Below are positions 25,385 through 35,558 of a stretch of 64,000 nucleotides of DNA, piece by piece. A program made the translations under genes and the position numbers. Below the pieces are notes generated by a model that ran no database searches, had not been told where the DNA came from, and was given only the letters and a program-made list of their open reading frames with translations. Source of the DNA: Peptococcaceae bacterium UBA6096. Lineage in GTDB: Bacteria; Bacillota; Peptococcia; DRI-13; UBA5745. The stretch is from NCBI GenBank assembly GCA_002435905.1, contig DIWW01000016.1, positions 8,389 to 72,388 on the forward strand, in the 5' to 3' direction. Position 1 is the first letter of the stretch; each line of letters opens with the position of its first letter.

Positions 25385-26641
25385 CTAGAGCCGTGAAAAA
25401 TCCAGGGTGGCGAACAAATCTTCCATAGTCTCCGCCCGGCGGATCAGGCTGCTTCGGCCGTTGCCGTGCCACAGCACTTCGGCGGAGCGGAGCTTGCCGT
25501 TGTAATTGAAGCCCATGGCGTGGCCGTGGGCGCCGGTATCATGGATCACCAGGATGTCGCCCCGGTCAATGGGCGGCAGGGCCCGGTTGATGGCAAACTT
25601 GTCATTGTTTTCGCAAAGCCCGCCGGTCACATCGTAGATATGGTCCAGGGGCAGGTCCTCTTTGCCCACCACGGTGATGTGATGGTAGGAACCATACAGC
25701 GCCGGCCGCATCAGGTCGGCCATACAAGCATCCAGGCCCACATACTGTTTGTAGATATCCTTCTTGTGCAGAACCTGGGTGATCAGGGTGCCGAAGGGTC
25801 CGGTCATATAGCGGCCGCATTCCATGGCGATTTTCATGGGGTGGAGGCCATGGGCCGTGATTTTTTCGTCATAGGCCTGCTGCAGGCTTCGGGAAATCAG
25901 GTCCAGGTCCACGTCCTGCTGCTCCGGCCGATAGGGTATCCCGATGCCGCCGCCCAGGTTGAGCAATTCGATGCGGATGCCCAATTCCTGGTAGATCTCC
26001 ACCGCCAGGTCAAACATCATGTTGGTGGCGGTTTCAATGAAATAATAGGGATCCAGCTCGTTGGAGATGACCATGGTATGCAGCCCGAAGCGCTTGGCCC
26101 CTTTGGCCTGCATGCTGCGATAGGCCTCAAAAAGCTGGGCTTTGGTCAGGCCGTACTTGGCTTCCTCCGGCTCGCCGATGATGGCGTTGCCGCCGGAACG
26201 CAAAGGTCCCGGATTGTAGCGGAAACAGATCATCTCCTGGATCCCGGCATGCTGTTCCAGATAATCCACATGGCTGATGTCGTCCAGGTTGATGATGGCC
26301 CCCATTTGGCTGGCCTTCACGTATTCCGACCCCGGCGTATTGTTGGAGGTGAAAAGAACCTCTTCCCCCTTCATGCCCACCCGCTCCGCCAGCAGCAGCT
26401 CCGCCATGGAGCTGCAATCGGCGCCGCAGCCCTCCTCCATGAGGATCTTCATGATGTAGGGATTGGGCGTGGCTTTCACGGCAAAATAATTTTTGAAATC
26501 CGGCGCCCAGGCAAAGGCGGCAGATAGTTTTCGCGCGTTCTCGCGGATCCCCTTCTCATCATAGACGTGAATGGGGGAACCGTATTCCTTGATCAGGGCC
26601 TCGATCTGGTTCCGGTTGTAGGGCAACGTTTTGCTGGTCAT
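25385..26641 (-). CDS. lysA: Diaminopimelate decarboxylase
   Basis: Orn/DAP/Arg decarboxylase family (FAVKATPNP carries the PLP Lys; NLGGGIGIPY). The L-box leader sits upstream. Confidence 0.85.
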   Translation of the reverse strand: MTSKTLPYNRNQIEALIKEYGSPIHVYDEKGIRENARKLSAAFAWAPDFKNYFAVKATPNPYIMKILMEEGCGADCSSMAELLLAERVGMKGEEVLFTSNNTPGSEYVKASQMGAIINLDDISHVDYLEQHAGIQEMICFRYNPGPLRSGGNAIIGEPEEAKYGLTKAQLFEAYRSMQAKGAKRFGLHTMVISNELDPYYFIETATNMMFDLAVEIYQELGIRIELLNLGGGIGIPYRPEQQDVDLDLISRSLQQAYDEKITAHGLHPMKIAMECGRYMTGPFGTLITQVLHKKDIYKQYVGLDACMADLMRPALYGSYHHITVVGKEDLPLDHIYDVTGGLCENNDKFAINRALPPIDRGDILVIHDTGAHGHAMGFNYNGKLRSAEVLWHGNGRSSLIRRAETMEDLFATLDFSRL

Positions 26642-26671
26642 AGGGAATCACTCCTTCTAGATCGTCACCAG

Positions 26672-26908
26672 GAAAAAAAGAACGGTTGGGAGAGAGATCT
26701 CTCGCCAACCGTCGTCATGCCTGAAAAAGGGCAATCGCCAAGGCCTGCAAGATAGCACTCCACCCGTTAGGTGACAGTCCTGCACCTCTTCGATGCAGAC
26801 CCGGCCATGATCCGCCAGCCCGCGAACCAATACCTCGGCGATCATTCCTTTCCCTGTCCTTCATCGCTGGCTAGCTCTGGACAGGTACTCTTAATGGATC
26901 GCACCTCT
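26672..26908 (-). promoter_or_regulatory. Lysine riboswitch (L-box) with intrinsic terminator
   Basis: The minus strand reads AUAGAGGUGCGAUCC..AAGAGUA..GGAAAGGAAUGAUCGCCGAGG..GGACUGUCA..UGGAGUGCUAUC, matching conserved L-box blocks. It ends in the terminator ACGGUUGGCGAGAGA/UCUCUCUCCCAACCGU + UUUUUUU (26672-26713). Confidence 0.85.
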
Positions 26909-27058
26909 ATCTTTCCTGTATGAATTTATATCAGTATCTTACAAAAGATTTGTTCTGTCAACCTATTTTTTGAATTATGGAGGGTATTTCCTCATGATGC
27001 CGCTCCGCGGCCGTGGTGGTTTCAACAAAATAGGCTGCGGAACGCAAGGTCGCCTTTT

Positions 27059-28951
27059 CTAATATTTTCTTAAAATGCTGCCCATATCACGGATAAACTC
27101 CCGGATTCGATATAATTCGCTTTCACGGCTGACGCCTCTCCAGGCTTGGCAGTAATCCATGATCCAGCTTTCCATTTTTCTGGCCATGTCCCAAGGCGTG
27201 TCTGCGGGCTGGACATCCTGTCCATATTCCTTTTGCTTAATGATCAAGGCGATTCCCTGAACCAAGGCAACGCCCCGGACAGCCAGATAGAATTCTGTTA
27301 TTTCTTGCTGAAGGCCTTTTCGCGTGATGCTGTCATTTATTTTAAGCTGCTTCATGATGTCCGCACAACTGGAAAGAGCTGTCTTGAGCTGGTCTTCTGA
27401 GATCTGCATCATCTTGGTCTTGATCGTTTCATGCATCCATATCCCGCAAAGCTCATACGTCTGGCCCAGGACTTTGAAGTCCCTAAAGTAGACCAAGTCC
27501 TCGATGGTCACCAGCTCATGATGGGAAAGTTCCCGCAGAATTCCTACAATTTCCTTGCGCTGATCCTTATATTCCAAAGAAGATATCAGCTGGTCGATCT
27601 CTTGAATCGATCGATGGTCATCCACATTCCAGCTTTGCGCCGCGCCATAGATCATGCACGGTATGCTGAGCGCAGGCATATTGATACCGCCGCAATCTCC
27701 CCAATCCGTATTTAAAACCCCTTCGGCATGAACGGTTTTACCCAATAAGGCCATTTCTCGGATGTTGGAAAAACTGAGGTCATAGGCATTGACCAGCCGG
27801 TTGTGTCCGGAAACACTCGGGCACACATATTGTTTAAGGCCCTTGTCTGAAAATATTTTTACGGTTTCTTCCTTCGCCCCACTGTCATAATACCAGTTCA
27901 GGCATGTCACTTCCGTTCTGAATCGGCTGATGATATCCGGATTGTTATGTAAAACATCTCCCCATAGCATCACCTCTTTGCCCTTGCTTTGAAGATGTTC
28001 AATTAACTGATCGACAAAAGAAAAATACAATTCACCATACGTCATTTTTTCAGCCAGTTCAGCGCTTCTCCCTTTGCCTAATTCAAAGGTTTCATCACAG
28101 CAGATATTGATTTTCTTGCTTCGGAATAAAGGAAGATACTGGTCGATCATCCCGGTGATCAGAGCCAGACTGCCCGGATCGGCCACATTGATCGTATAAT
28201 GCCTCATCCGATTATGCCAGGCAAAGACCTCTTCCTGCCCAGAATCGATTTCTCTATATTTTTTGAAACTGACCGAGCGGAGCAAATCATAAAGATGCCC
28301 AAAGGTGGCAATACAAGGCACAAGTTCAATGCCCCGCAAATGACAATATCGATCCAGCTCAAGGATCTCTTCCTGGGTCCATGGGTCCGTTTGCGACCAA
28401 ACTTCTTCAAAGCCGTCCAGTCGCAGGCTGCTCTCCATATACAACTGAAGCTGGTTGATTTTATACAGTGACAATTTATCGATAAAAGCCTTCAAGCTCG
28501 ATAGGGAAGGTACCCTTCCGCGGCTCACATCAAGCAAATAACCTCGGTTTGAATAGGATGGGTGATCGATGATATGAACACAACCGATCTCCCCTCCGGA
28601 TGTCTTGCAGAGCTGGACCAGGGTGGCCATACCATACAGGAAATCCTTGCTGCAGCCAACGGCGATGGTGATTTTATCCGGCGTGACGGTCAGATGATAG
28701 GTTTCTTTTTCACTGCCGGTTTCATTTAACTCAAAATAAATGCAATTTTTATTGCCGTTGCTTTCCTGATGCGGCAGGATCTTCACAGGGAGCTTGATGG
28801 AAAGGATTTTTTGGATCTCCTCCTGCAGAAATTTCGCAGTTTCCAAAGCAAAATCATCAAAGGCTGCATCCAGATGAATCGCTGTATTGTGGTCCATGGA
28901 GAAGATGCCTTCGCAAGGTATGATGTGTTGCGGCAAGGGTATCAGCTGCAT
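27059..28951 (-). CDS. Glycoside hydrolase family 20-like beta-N-acetylhexosaminidase
   Basis: The N-terminus MQLIPLPQHI and overall sequence are GH20-like. Start at M22 (28951) with AAGGGG RBS; the ORF track start 29014 overlaps the upstream gene. Confidence 0.7.
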   Translation of the reverse strand: MQLIPLPQHIIPCEGIFSMDHNTAIHLDAAFDDFALETAKFLQEEIQKILSIKLPVKILPHQESNGNKNCIYFELNETGSEKETYHLTVTPDKITIAVGCSKDFLYGMATLVQLCKTSGGEIGCVHIIDHPSYSNRGYLLDVSRGRVPSLSSLKAFIDKLSLYKINQLQLYMESSLRLDGFEEVWSQTDPWTQEEILELDRYCHLRGIELVPCIATFGHLYDLLRSVSFKKYREIDSGQEEVFAWHNRMRHYTINVADPGSLALITGMIDQYLPLFRSKKINICCDETFELGKGRSAELAEKMTYGELYFSFVDQLIEHLQSKGKEVMLWGDVLHNNPDIISRFRTEVTCLNWYYDSGAKEETVKIFSDKGLKQYVCPSVSGHNRLVNAYDLSFSNIREMALLGKTVHAEGVLNTDWGDCGGINMPALSIPCMIYGAAQSWNVDDHRSIQEIDQLISSLEYKDQRKEIVGILRELSHHELVTIEDLVYFRDFKVLGQTYELCGIWMHETIKTKMMQISEDQLKTALSSCADIMKQLKINDSITRKGLQQEITEFYLAVRGVALVQGIALIIKQKEYGQDVQPADTPWDMARKMESWIMDYCQAWRGVSRESELYRIREFIRDMGSILRKY

Positions 28952-28973
28952 AATTTTCCCCTTTTTCATGATT

Positions 28974-29888
28974 TTATTCGCATCTTGTCTCTTTTTTATG
29001 TAAATAACAAGCACCCTTCGTTACGGAAACCTGGTTGATGATCAGGTCGGTCAGCCCCACCTCGCGCTCTAAACAATGCTTGAATTCATGGCGGACGATA
29101 TGGATTTGTTCAAGGATGCTGCCGCTGACGCCCACAGGAACCGGCTCATGAATGCCAAGCTTTGGATAGAGTCTCTGCGTCATAAGGGCCAAATCTTTTC
29201 CTGCCTGCTTAAGAATCTCCATTGAAACTTCATCCGAAGCTTCAGCAAGCTCTGCCACCATGGCTGCATAGGCTGCGATCTTCCCCTTGTCTGCTGAATG
29301 AACAAATCCTTTAAGATCATTGACCTTTCCCAAATGAAGGGCTTTGAAAAGGGTTTGAGTGAGCCGGCTGCGCCGGAGGCCTAAATCTTCTTCCAGGGTC
29401 ATACGTTTGAATGCCTGGAGGGCGATATGATAACCGCTCCCCTCATCCCCTAAAACATGGCCCCAGCCACCCGTGGTGGCATGCTTCCCTTTGTACAGAC
29501 CAAAGGCGACCGAGCCTGTTCCGGATAGAGTGACGATTCCATCTTCACCCCCAAGGATCGCCGCATGGGCAAGTACTGAGTCATGGAGTCCGCAGACCCT
29601 GCAATGATACTGATTTGTAAGCAAGGCATCGATTTTCGCGGCATAGTCCTGAACCTCAATGCCTGCAATGCCTAAATAAATGCCTAGACATTCTTCAGCG
29701 CCCTTTCCGCAGGCATTGATTCTGCACTGCTCGATGGCCTGGATGATATGTTCTGTCGCCTTGTCATAGTTCATGTAGAGGTTCCCGTAACCTGACAAAC
29801 CGATGCCCAGTTCTTGGTCTTCTAAACTGTAGGCAATGGCCTCTGTTTTGGTACCCCCTGCATCGACGCCGATGATATAGTTCATCAT
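28974..29888 (-). CDS. BadF/BadG/BcrA/BcrD-type ATPase, N-acetylglucosamine kinase-like
   Basis: IIGVDAGGTKT phosphate-1 motif. Lies in a GlcNAc utilisation context. Confidence 0.75.
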   Translation of the reverse strand: MMNYIIGVDAGGTKTEAIAYSLEDQELGIGLSGYGNLYMNYDKATEHIIQAIEQCRINACGKGAEECLGIYLGIAGIEVQDYAAKIDALLTNQYHCRVCGLHDSVLAHAAILGGEDGIVTLSGTGSVAFGLYKGKHATTGGWGHVLGDEGSGYHIALQAFKRMTLEEDLGLRRSRLTQTLFKALHLGKVNDLKGFVHSADKGKIAAYAAMVAELAEASDEVSMEILKQAGKDLALMTQRLYPKLGIHEPVPVGVSGSILEQIHIVRHEFKHCLEREVGLTDLIINQVSVTKGACYLHKKETRCE

Positions 29889-29993
29889 ATTATTTCCCTT
29901 TTTTGTATTTGTAAAATCATGGTCATCACAGCAAGCCTGCGGCGTTCTTTTTCATGAACATTGTCAGCGATGATGATTCTCACGGTTGCCTCC

Positions 29994-31160
29994 CTAATTC
30001 GACTGAAAAATTGTTTCTCCTGCAGATAAGGTCCGTTTTATATTCAATGCCTCATCAAAAATAACCAAATCGGCATCTTTTCCGATTTCTATGCTCCCTT
30101 TTGCATGATCCACATGAAGTAATTTGGCTGGATTGAGGCTGGCTAAAGCAACCGCCTCGAATATTTTTATGTCCGTATATTTTAATATGTTCCCTACGGC
30201 TTGGTTCAGCTTCAGAATACTTCCGGCTAAGGTTCCATCCGGCAGTCTCACTGAATCCTGATTGACCATGACCGTTTGCCCGCCAAGATCCCAGCTGCCC
30301 GGCTTCATAAAGCCCGCCCGGATGGAATCTGTGATCAAAATCATTTTATCCTTTCCCTTCGCATTGAGCAGGGTCTGGAAGATGGCCGGATGGGTATGCA
30401 CCGTATCGGCAATCAATTCAAAACTTATATTGCTATTGAATATAGCGCCCAGGACACCGGGTGCCCGATGATGGAAAGGCGGCATGGCATTAAACAGATG
30501 TGTGGCATGGCTTACCCCATGCCGTATTGCTGCCATGGCGGTTTCATAGTCCGCAGCGGTATGCCCCATGGACAGCACGATATCGCAATCCTCCTGAACA
30601 CGCCGGATAAAATGAAATTGAGGATCTTCCTCCGGCGCTAAGGTGATGATTTTGATGATATCGGTATAGTTTCGAATAAAATCAAAATCCGGTTTGCATA
30701 AATACGCTTCCTTATGGGCCCCCTTATATTGAGCACTTATAAAAGGCCCTTCCATATGGGCGCCCAATATTTTGGCTCCTTTGAAATCTGCCTTCATGCC
30801 CTCTCCAATGGCATCCAGCGCCTTCCATATTTTTTGTTTTTCCATGGACATGGTGGTCGGCAAAAATCCTGTCACGCCGCTTTTCGCAATGGTTTGGCTG
30901 ATGATTCTTAACGCGGAAATTTCGCCGTCCATGGTATCCCTTCCGCCTGCACCGTGGATATGGATATCAATGAATCCCGGAGAAACGTAGTCCCCCCGGG
31001 CGTCGATGATCTCCATTTCATTCGTCAAGCCCCTATGGCTTAAGTTTTCTTCCTCCAGGATATCAATGATTTTTTCATCAAAGAGCAATGCTTTATTGAG
31101 CAGGATCTCATTTTCTAAGATGATTTTCCCACCCTTTATCAACGTATATTTTTTTTTCAT
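29994..31160 (-). CDS. nagA: N-acetylglucosamine-6-phosphate deacetylase
   Basis: DIHIHGAGG metal-binding motif. 388 aa. Confidence 0.9.
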   Translation of the reverse strand: MKKKYTLIKGGKIILENEILLNKALLFDEKIIDILEEENLSHRGLTNEMEIIDARGDYVSPGFIDIHIHGAGGRDTMDGEISALRIISQTIAKSGVTGFLPTTMSMEKQKIWKALDAIGEGMKADFKGAKILGAHMEGPFISAQYKGAHKEAYLCKPDFDFIRNYTDIIKIITLAPEEDPQFHFIRRVQEDCDIVLSMGHTAADYETAMAAIRHGVSHATHLFNAMPPFHHRAPGVLGAIFNSNISFELIADTVHTHPAIFQTLLNAKGKDKMILITDSIRAGFMKPGSWDLGGQTVMVNQDSVRLPDGTLAGSILKLNQAVGNILKYTDIKIFEAVALASLNPAKLLHVDHAKGSIEIGKDADLVIFDEALNIKRTLSAGETIFQSN

Positions 31161-31209
31161 GATCCGTCCTCAGCCTTCACCGATTTTACAATGCTCTGCA
31201 AGAAACAAC

Positions 31210-31503
31210 TCAATCCAACGTTAAGATATAAAATCCCATAAGTATCAGGTTGGCCAGCACATAAATCGCCAGCAAAGCTTTGCTGACGACATTCCATCGT
31301 TCCCCATGCAGGAGCGATTGCCCAATGGCATAGGATGAATGGAATGTGAACGCCGCCTGGGCGGGAATGAAAAGATATTTCAAATGGATCAGCGAAGAAA
31401 TTTGCGGTATGGCGATCCTTTTTAGGGTATCCAGGCCGGTCAGCATATAGATCATAAAACAAACCATAAGGATCCATGCAGAGATTCGGTTAATTGTCGA
31501 CAT
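31210..31503 (-). CDS. Small integral membrane protein (possible MsrQ-like partner)
   Basis: MSTINRISAWILMVCFMIYMLTG... has about 3 TM segments and conserved His residues. Overlaps the upstream gene by 14 nt. Confidence 0.55.
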   Translation of the reverse strand: MSTINRISAWILMVCFMIYMLTGLDTLKRIAIPQISSLIHLKYLFIPAQAAFTFHSSYAIGQSLLHGERWNVVSKALLAIYVLANLILMGFYILTLD

Positions 31504-32194
31504 CCGCTTCATTGCTATAGCCTCTCTCTTCCCAATATCCCTTATAATCCGCATCCTCCGACAGCTCGATCCGGTTGATCCATTTGATCCACTTATAGCC
31601 CAGTTTATCTTCAGCAATCAGCTGAAAGGGATAGCCTCTTTCCGCAGGTAGAACCACCCCATTGATTTTGTAAGCCATGATCATTTCTTTATCCAGAATC
31701 GTTTGCAAGGGCAGCGAGGTGGTATAGCCATCCACCGAATAGAAAATCACCGTGTTGGCCTCGGCTTTGACCTTGGCCCCATCCAACAAGTCTTTCAGTA
31801 AAACCCCTTCCCAGAGGATCTTCGCACTCCAGCCTTCCACACAATGCAGCGTCACCATTTTCGTATAATTTTCATAGGCAAGCACCTGGTCATAGGTCAA
31901 GGCTGCCAGCTGTTCCACAAGGCCGTCGATCTGCAGACGATAGGTGCTGATATCCACCGCTTGAGGACCTTTGATCGAATTTTCCCTGAAATCCAGGATG
32001 GAGTTCAAGGCTTCGCCCTCATATTCGAAGATTTCGATTTTTGTCAGCTCCGAAAGGTCAGAACCTGTCGGGAGGCTTGTTTCCCCCGGACTGCATCCTG
32101 AAAATCCGGAGACAAGGGCTATACTAAGAATTAGCAGACTAAGCGCTTTTGCCATGGAATGTCTGGGTTTACGATCCTGCGTCACGATATGCAT
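31490..32194 (-). CDS. Molybdopterin-dependent oxidoreductase-like lipoprotein (sulfite oxidase/YedY fold)
   Basis: Lipobox FSGC. VTLHCVEGWS and GYPFQLIAEDKLGYKWIKWI are typical of the Oxidored_molyb domain. Confidence 0.7.
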   Translation of the reverse strand: MHIVTQDRKPRHSMAKALSLLILSIALVSGFSGCSPGETSLPTGSDLSELTKIEIFEYEGEALNSILDFRENSIKGPQAVDISTYRLQIDGLVEQLAALTYDQVLAYENYTKMVTLHCVEGWSAKILWEGVLLKDLLDGAKVKAEANTVIFYSVDGYTTSLPLQTILDKEMIMAYKINGVVLPAERGYPFQLIAEDKLGYKWIKWINRIELSEDADYKGYWEERGYSNEADVDN

Positions 32195-32245
32195 CGGTGA
32201 ACCCCCTTTCCCGTCAAAAGAAACAAATCATCAGACTGCAGCGAC

Positions 32246-32485
32246 TCACTTCTTGCCTTGTCTGAACATATCCAGCACGGAAAGTGCGATACCAATTCCC
32301 ATTAAACTATAGCCCACCCATCGGTTTTCACCAAACATGATCCCTGCCAGCACAAAGACAAAGGCCACGGCGGCGAGGGGACTCAATCTTTTTCTTTTCG
32401 GATTCTTTCGATTCACTAATATCCAAAAAGCAAGGAGCGCCAAAATGATGCCGGCGATGGCCAGCCAGGTTTGATCGATTTCCAT
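32246..32485 (-). CDS. Small membrane protein, 79 aa
   Basis: Three hydrophobic segments. No other evidence. Confidence 0.45.
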   Translation of the reverse strand: MEIDQTWLAIAGIILALLAFWILVNRKNPKRKRLSPLAAVAFVFVLAGIMFGENRWVGYSLMGIGIALSVLDMFRQGKK

Positions 32486-32576
32486 GTTTTACCCCTCTTT
32501 CTTTGCCGTAAGGTTATCGTTTTGTTTCCCTGTTCGTATCACACAGGTCCCAGTCTGATCATGTCATCCCCCAAGG

Positions 32577-33119
32577 TCATTCATCCGAAGCCGATCGATC
32601 CTCATGATCTACGAGGGTAAATTTCCAGGAACAATTGCAGGTTTCATCGGTGATTTCAGGATAGCAGCTGATGGCTTCGCATTCGAATCGATCATCGATC
32701 GTTTTGGCGAAATGAGCGTATTCAATCATGCCCACAGATCGGCAGGGATGAAAGTCCATGCCCTTTCGTTTTCGGGCGTTTTGAACCCGGCAATCCAAGG
32801 TTCGATAAATCAGCACCTTGTCTTTGGCCAGGATCTCGTCCTTGTTAATATTGGCGTACATTCGCAAGGATAAGGCTTTCTTAAGCCCATCAATTCCCGA
32901 CCGTTCCGGTAATTGCAAAAAATTCTTGATTCGGCCAGCCTCAATCACTGTAAAATTTCTCCAGGCATTTTCATCATGCTTGATGGCTTCTTCCATCCCG
33001 TATTTTTGTTCGATGGACTGAAACCAAACACCATCCATAGCCAGCCAATTCTTGGAATAGATATCGAGCAATTCAAGCAATTCAGCTTTTTTAAGATTTT
33101 TGATCGCTACATTTCCCAT
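32577..33119 (-). CDS. Hypothetical Cys-containing protein
   Basis: 180-aa ORF divergent from the MerR regulator. C-terminal Cys pattern C..C..CxC. No secure family call. Confidence 0.55.
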   Translation of the reverse strand: MGNVAIKNLKKAELLELLDIYSKNWLAMDGVWFQSIEQKYGMEEAIKHDENAWRNFTVIEAGRIKNFLQLPERSGIDGLKKALSLRMYANINKDEILAKDKVLIYRTLDCRVQNARKRKGMDFHPCRSVGMIEYAHFAKTIDDRFECEAISCYPEITDETCNCSWKFTLVDHEDRSASDE

Positions 33120-33288
33120 GCATGCTTTCCTACAATTCCTTGTAAATTTTGCAATTCGGCCTTCCCCATCACTGCAATCTATAGATAATTATACCATCTT
33201 TCGAATCAATAAAATATCCTTCTCCACTGCCGGTGTCCGCATCCAGCTTGATGATCCATCCATGCGCTTCGGTGTTAAAAATTCACCC

Positions 33289-33319
33289 TTGACTGTAACG
33301 CAACGTCATAGTTTACTAT
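33289..33319 (+). promoter_or_regulatory. MerR-type promoter with 19-bp spacer
   Basis: TTGACT-19 nt-TACTAT. The spacer contains TGAC-N11-GTCA dyad ends. Lies directly upstream of the MerR/TipA-like gene. Confidence 0.55.
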
Positions 33320-33342
33320 AGTACATGAAAGGGGGCCTTCCC

Positions 33343-34089
33343 ATGAATGCCAAAGACGTTGCCGGCCTGGCCGGCATCAGCGTGCGCACGCTGCATCATT
33401 ACGACCACATCGGTTTGCTTCGCCCCAGCCGCAACCATGAAAACGGCTATCGTGAATACACCGACAGCGACCTGGATCAGCTGCAGCAGATCCTCTTTTT
33501 TCGGGAATGTGGTTTCCCCCTGGCCAAAATCCAGAGCCTGCTCCAAAATCCTGCCTTCCATCGTGAAGAAGCCTTTCAGCTGCAGAGGAAGTATCTTCTC
33601 CACGAAAAGCAACGCATTGAAACCATGCTCAACACCCTGGAACGAACCATAAAATCCATGAAGGGAGAAATCACCATGAGCTCAAAAGAAAAATTCGGCG
33701 GCTTTGACATGAACCATAATCCTTACGAGGACGAAGCCCGCAAGCTGTGGGGTGACGAATCCGTCAACCGCAGCAACGCCTTTATCCAATCCCTGTCAGA
33801 GAATGAAAAAGAATCCGTGGCCAAGGGCATGGACGACCTGTTCAGGTCGCTGGCTGATCTCCGCCATGAAGATCCTGCCTCGGACATTGCCCAAAAGGCC
33901 ATGGCCTTGATGTTCAAGCACTTCAACCAAAACTTCGGCCATACCTACACACCGGAGGTCTTTGCCGGCGTGGGCCAGCTCTACGTTGCCGACGAACGCT
34001 TTACCCAAAACATCGACCGTTATGGCCATGGGCTTTCCACATTCCTTGCCGAAGCCATGGCTATCTTTGCCCAAAGGCAAACAAAATAG
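33343..34089 (+). CDS. MerR-family regulator with TipAS-like C-terminal domain
   Basis: [21 protein letters not shown] is a MerR HTH. The C-terminal region is TipAS-like. Start at ATG 33343 with AGGGGG RBS. Confidence 0.85.
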   Translation: MNAKDVAGLAGISVRTLHHYDHIGLLRPSRNHENGYREYTDSDLDQLQQILFFRECGFPLAKIQSLLQNPAFHREEAFQLQRKYLLHEKQRIETMLNTLERTIKSMKGEITMSSKEKFGGFDMNHNPYEDEARKLWGDESVNRSNAFIQSLSENEKESVAKGMDDLFRSLADLRHEDPASDIAQKAMALMFKHFNQNFGHTYTPEVFAGVGQLYVADERFTQNIDRYGHGLSTFLAEAMAIFAQRQTK

Positions 34090-34180
34090 CCGCTTCGGCA
34101 GCGGCTATGGATTCCTTTAGGGTCAATCAATCGAACCAAAGCAACGGCAAGCTTCGCAGTCAGGGCGGCTTGCCGTTTGT

Positions 34181-35431
34181 TCATTCCTTATGGATGTCCA
34201 GGTCATCGATTTTGACCGCCCTGGTATGCTTGATGGGCAGCCATACGGTTTGCTTTTTAATGAAGCACAGGATATTGATGGGCAGCCAGCTAACGATAAA
34301 AAACCAGAAGGCCAAAATCCCCCTGAGCATTTTACCGATCTTCTTGCGTTCGATCACAATAACAGCCAGCGCCAAAGCGGTGGTCACCACATAAGAATAG
34401 ACAATGGGCAAAACAACCTGGTATAAGAAATCCGTTTTGGATATGCCGGCCAGTCCCGCAAAGTTTAGATGATACAGGGAAATAAAAATCAAACCGACCA
34501 GCACCAGGACCTGGATGACAGGGACCATAGAAAACATCGCTAGGTCAAAGCAGGTTGCATTTCTATGGAGGATCGCACATTTCATCAGCTTCTTGAAATA
34601 GAGCTTCATGCACTGCAGCAATCCGGCAGACCAGCGGATCCGCTGGTCCCAAGACTGAGCAAAGGTCAGGGGTTGTTCATCATAGACGATGGCATCCGGG
34701 ATCCAGTGGATTTTTTCTCCCGCCATGGCGCATTGGATCGTAAATTCCACGTCCTCCGTAATGGCCGTGGTATGCCAGCCCTTATGTCCTTTGATCACTT
34801 CTGCGCTGACAAAAAAGCCGCTGCCATTGATCAACGCCGATAAATTCAGGATGCTCCTGGCGTGGTTAAGGAACCGGTTGTCCATGTAATAAAAAATGGT
34901 GTAGCAGCTGGCAATGACGCTATCGTATGGATTTTTGCTTTCCCGATAACACTGTCCGACCTTAGCGCCCCGGCTCATGGCACGGTTCATTTCCAACAGG
35001 AAATCCTCATGGACCAAGTTGTCCGCGTCAATGATACAAAATGCGTCATAGACATCGTCCTGCTGCAGGATGCTGTCAAAATATTCGTGAAGCACATCGC
35101 CTTTGGATTTGATGACGCTTTTGCACTCATAGACCAGAGCCCCTCTGGCCAGGGCGAATTCTTTGGTGCGGTCGGTGCAATTATTTGGGATCACGACGAT
35201 GTCATAGAGTTCCTTGGGATAGGTCTGTTTTTGCAGGCTGTCAATCAAATCCCCGATCACCAGCTCCTCGTTTCGGGCCGCAATCAGGAAGGCGAATTTG
35301 TAATGGGGCGAATAGGCCTCGCCTTTTTTATGTGGCAGCAATGAAAAAAGTGCGACCATCACGTAATAGGAGGCAAAGATGGTTAATATTAAGCCCATGA
35401 CCCACAGGGTGCTTTGAAAAATATCTGCCAT
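34181..35431 (-). CDS. Membrane-bound family 2 glycosyltransferase (processive, IcaA/PgaC-like topology)
   Basis: GT2 motifs (AARNEE, IIDADN, a QRIRWSAG QxxRW-like motif) with flanking TM segments. Confidence 0.8.
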   Translation of the reverse strand: MADIFQSTLWVMGLILTIFASYYVMVALFSLLPHKKGEAYSPHYKFAFLIAARNEELVIGDLIDSLQKQTYPKELYDIVVIPNNCTDRTKEFALARGALVYECKSVIKSKGDVLHEYFDSILQQDDVYDAFCIIDADNLVHEDFLLEMNRAMSRGAKVGQCYRESKNPYDSVIASCYTIFYYMDNRFLNHARSILNLSALINGSGFFVSAEVIKGHKGWHTTAITEDVEFTIQCAMAGEKIHWIPDAIVYDEQPLTFAQSWDQRIRWSAGLLQCMKLYFKKLMKCAILHRNATCFDLAMFSMVPVIQVLVLVGLIFISLYHLNFAGLAGISKTDFLYQVVLPIVYSYVVTTALALAVIVIERKKIGKMLRGILAFWFFIVSWLPINILCFIKKQTVWLPIKHTRAVKIDDLDIHKE

Positions 35432-35558
35432 GCTTAAGTAGCCTCCGCGCTGTATTTAATGCTTTAGATTTACATTTTATCATTATTTCCTATAAAACTA
35501 TAGCAATATTCGCAAGATCCGCTTTTTTCTTTTGGAGCGTCCGCCGACTGCCGGTGCC

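Noticed and set aside
25466-26527. 353-aa ORF antisense to lysA. Similar long antisense ORFs lie at 51093-52157 (proA), 57994-59238 (fabF), 59466-60263, 62094-62990 (fabK), 54922-55710 (accD) and 13665-14378 (dctP).
   Set aside because: Each lies opposite a gene with unmistakable family motifs. Their translations are Gly/Arg/His/Pro-rich with no motifs. This is the typical stop-poor reverse frame of high-GC3 coding sequence.
29882-29983. 33-codon ORF (GTG start, GGGAGG RBS) between nagA and the GlcNAc kinase-like gene, with its stop overlapping the kinase ATG
   Set aside because: It is short, its sequence (VRIIIADNVHEKERRRLAVMTMILQIQKREII) is unremarkable, and I cannot assess conservation. 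It may simply be the nagA-kinase intergenic spacer.
31157-31477. 106-aa ORF overlapping the small membrane protein gene in another frame
   Set aside because: It has no RBS and an implausible composition. The alternative frame encodes a coherent 3-TM protein coupled to the upstream gene.
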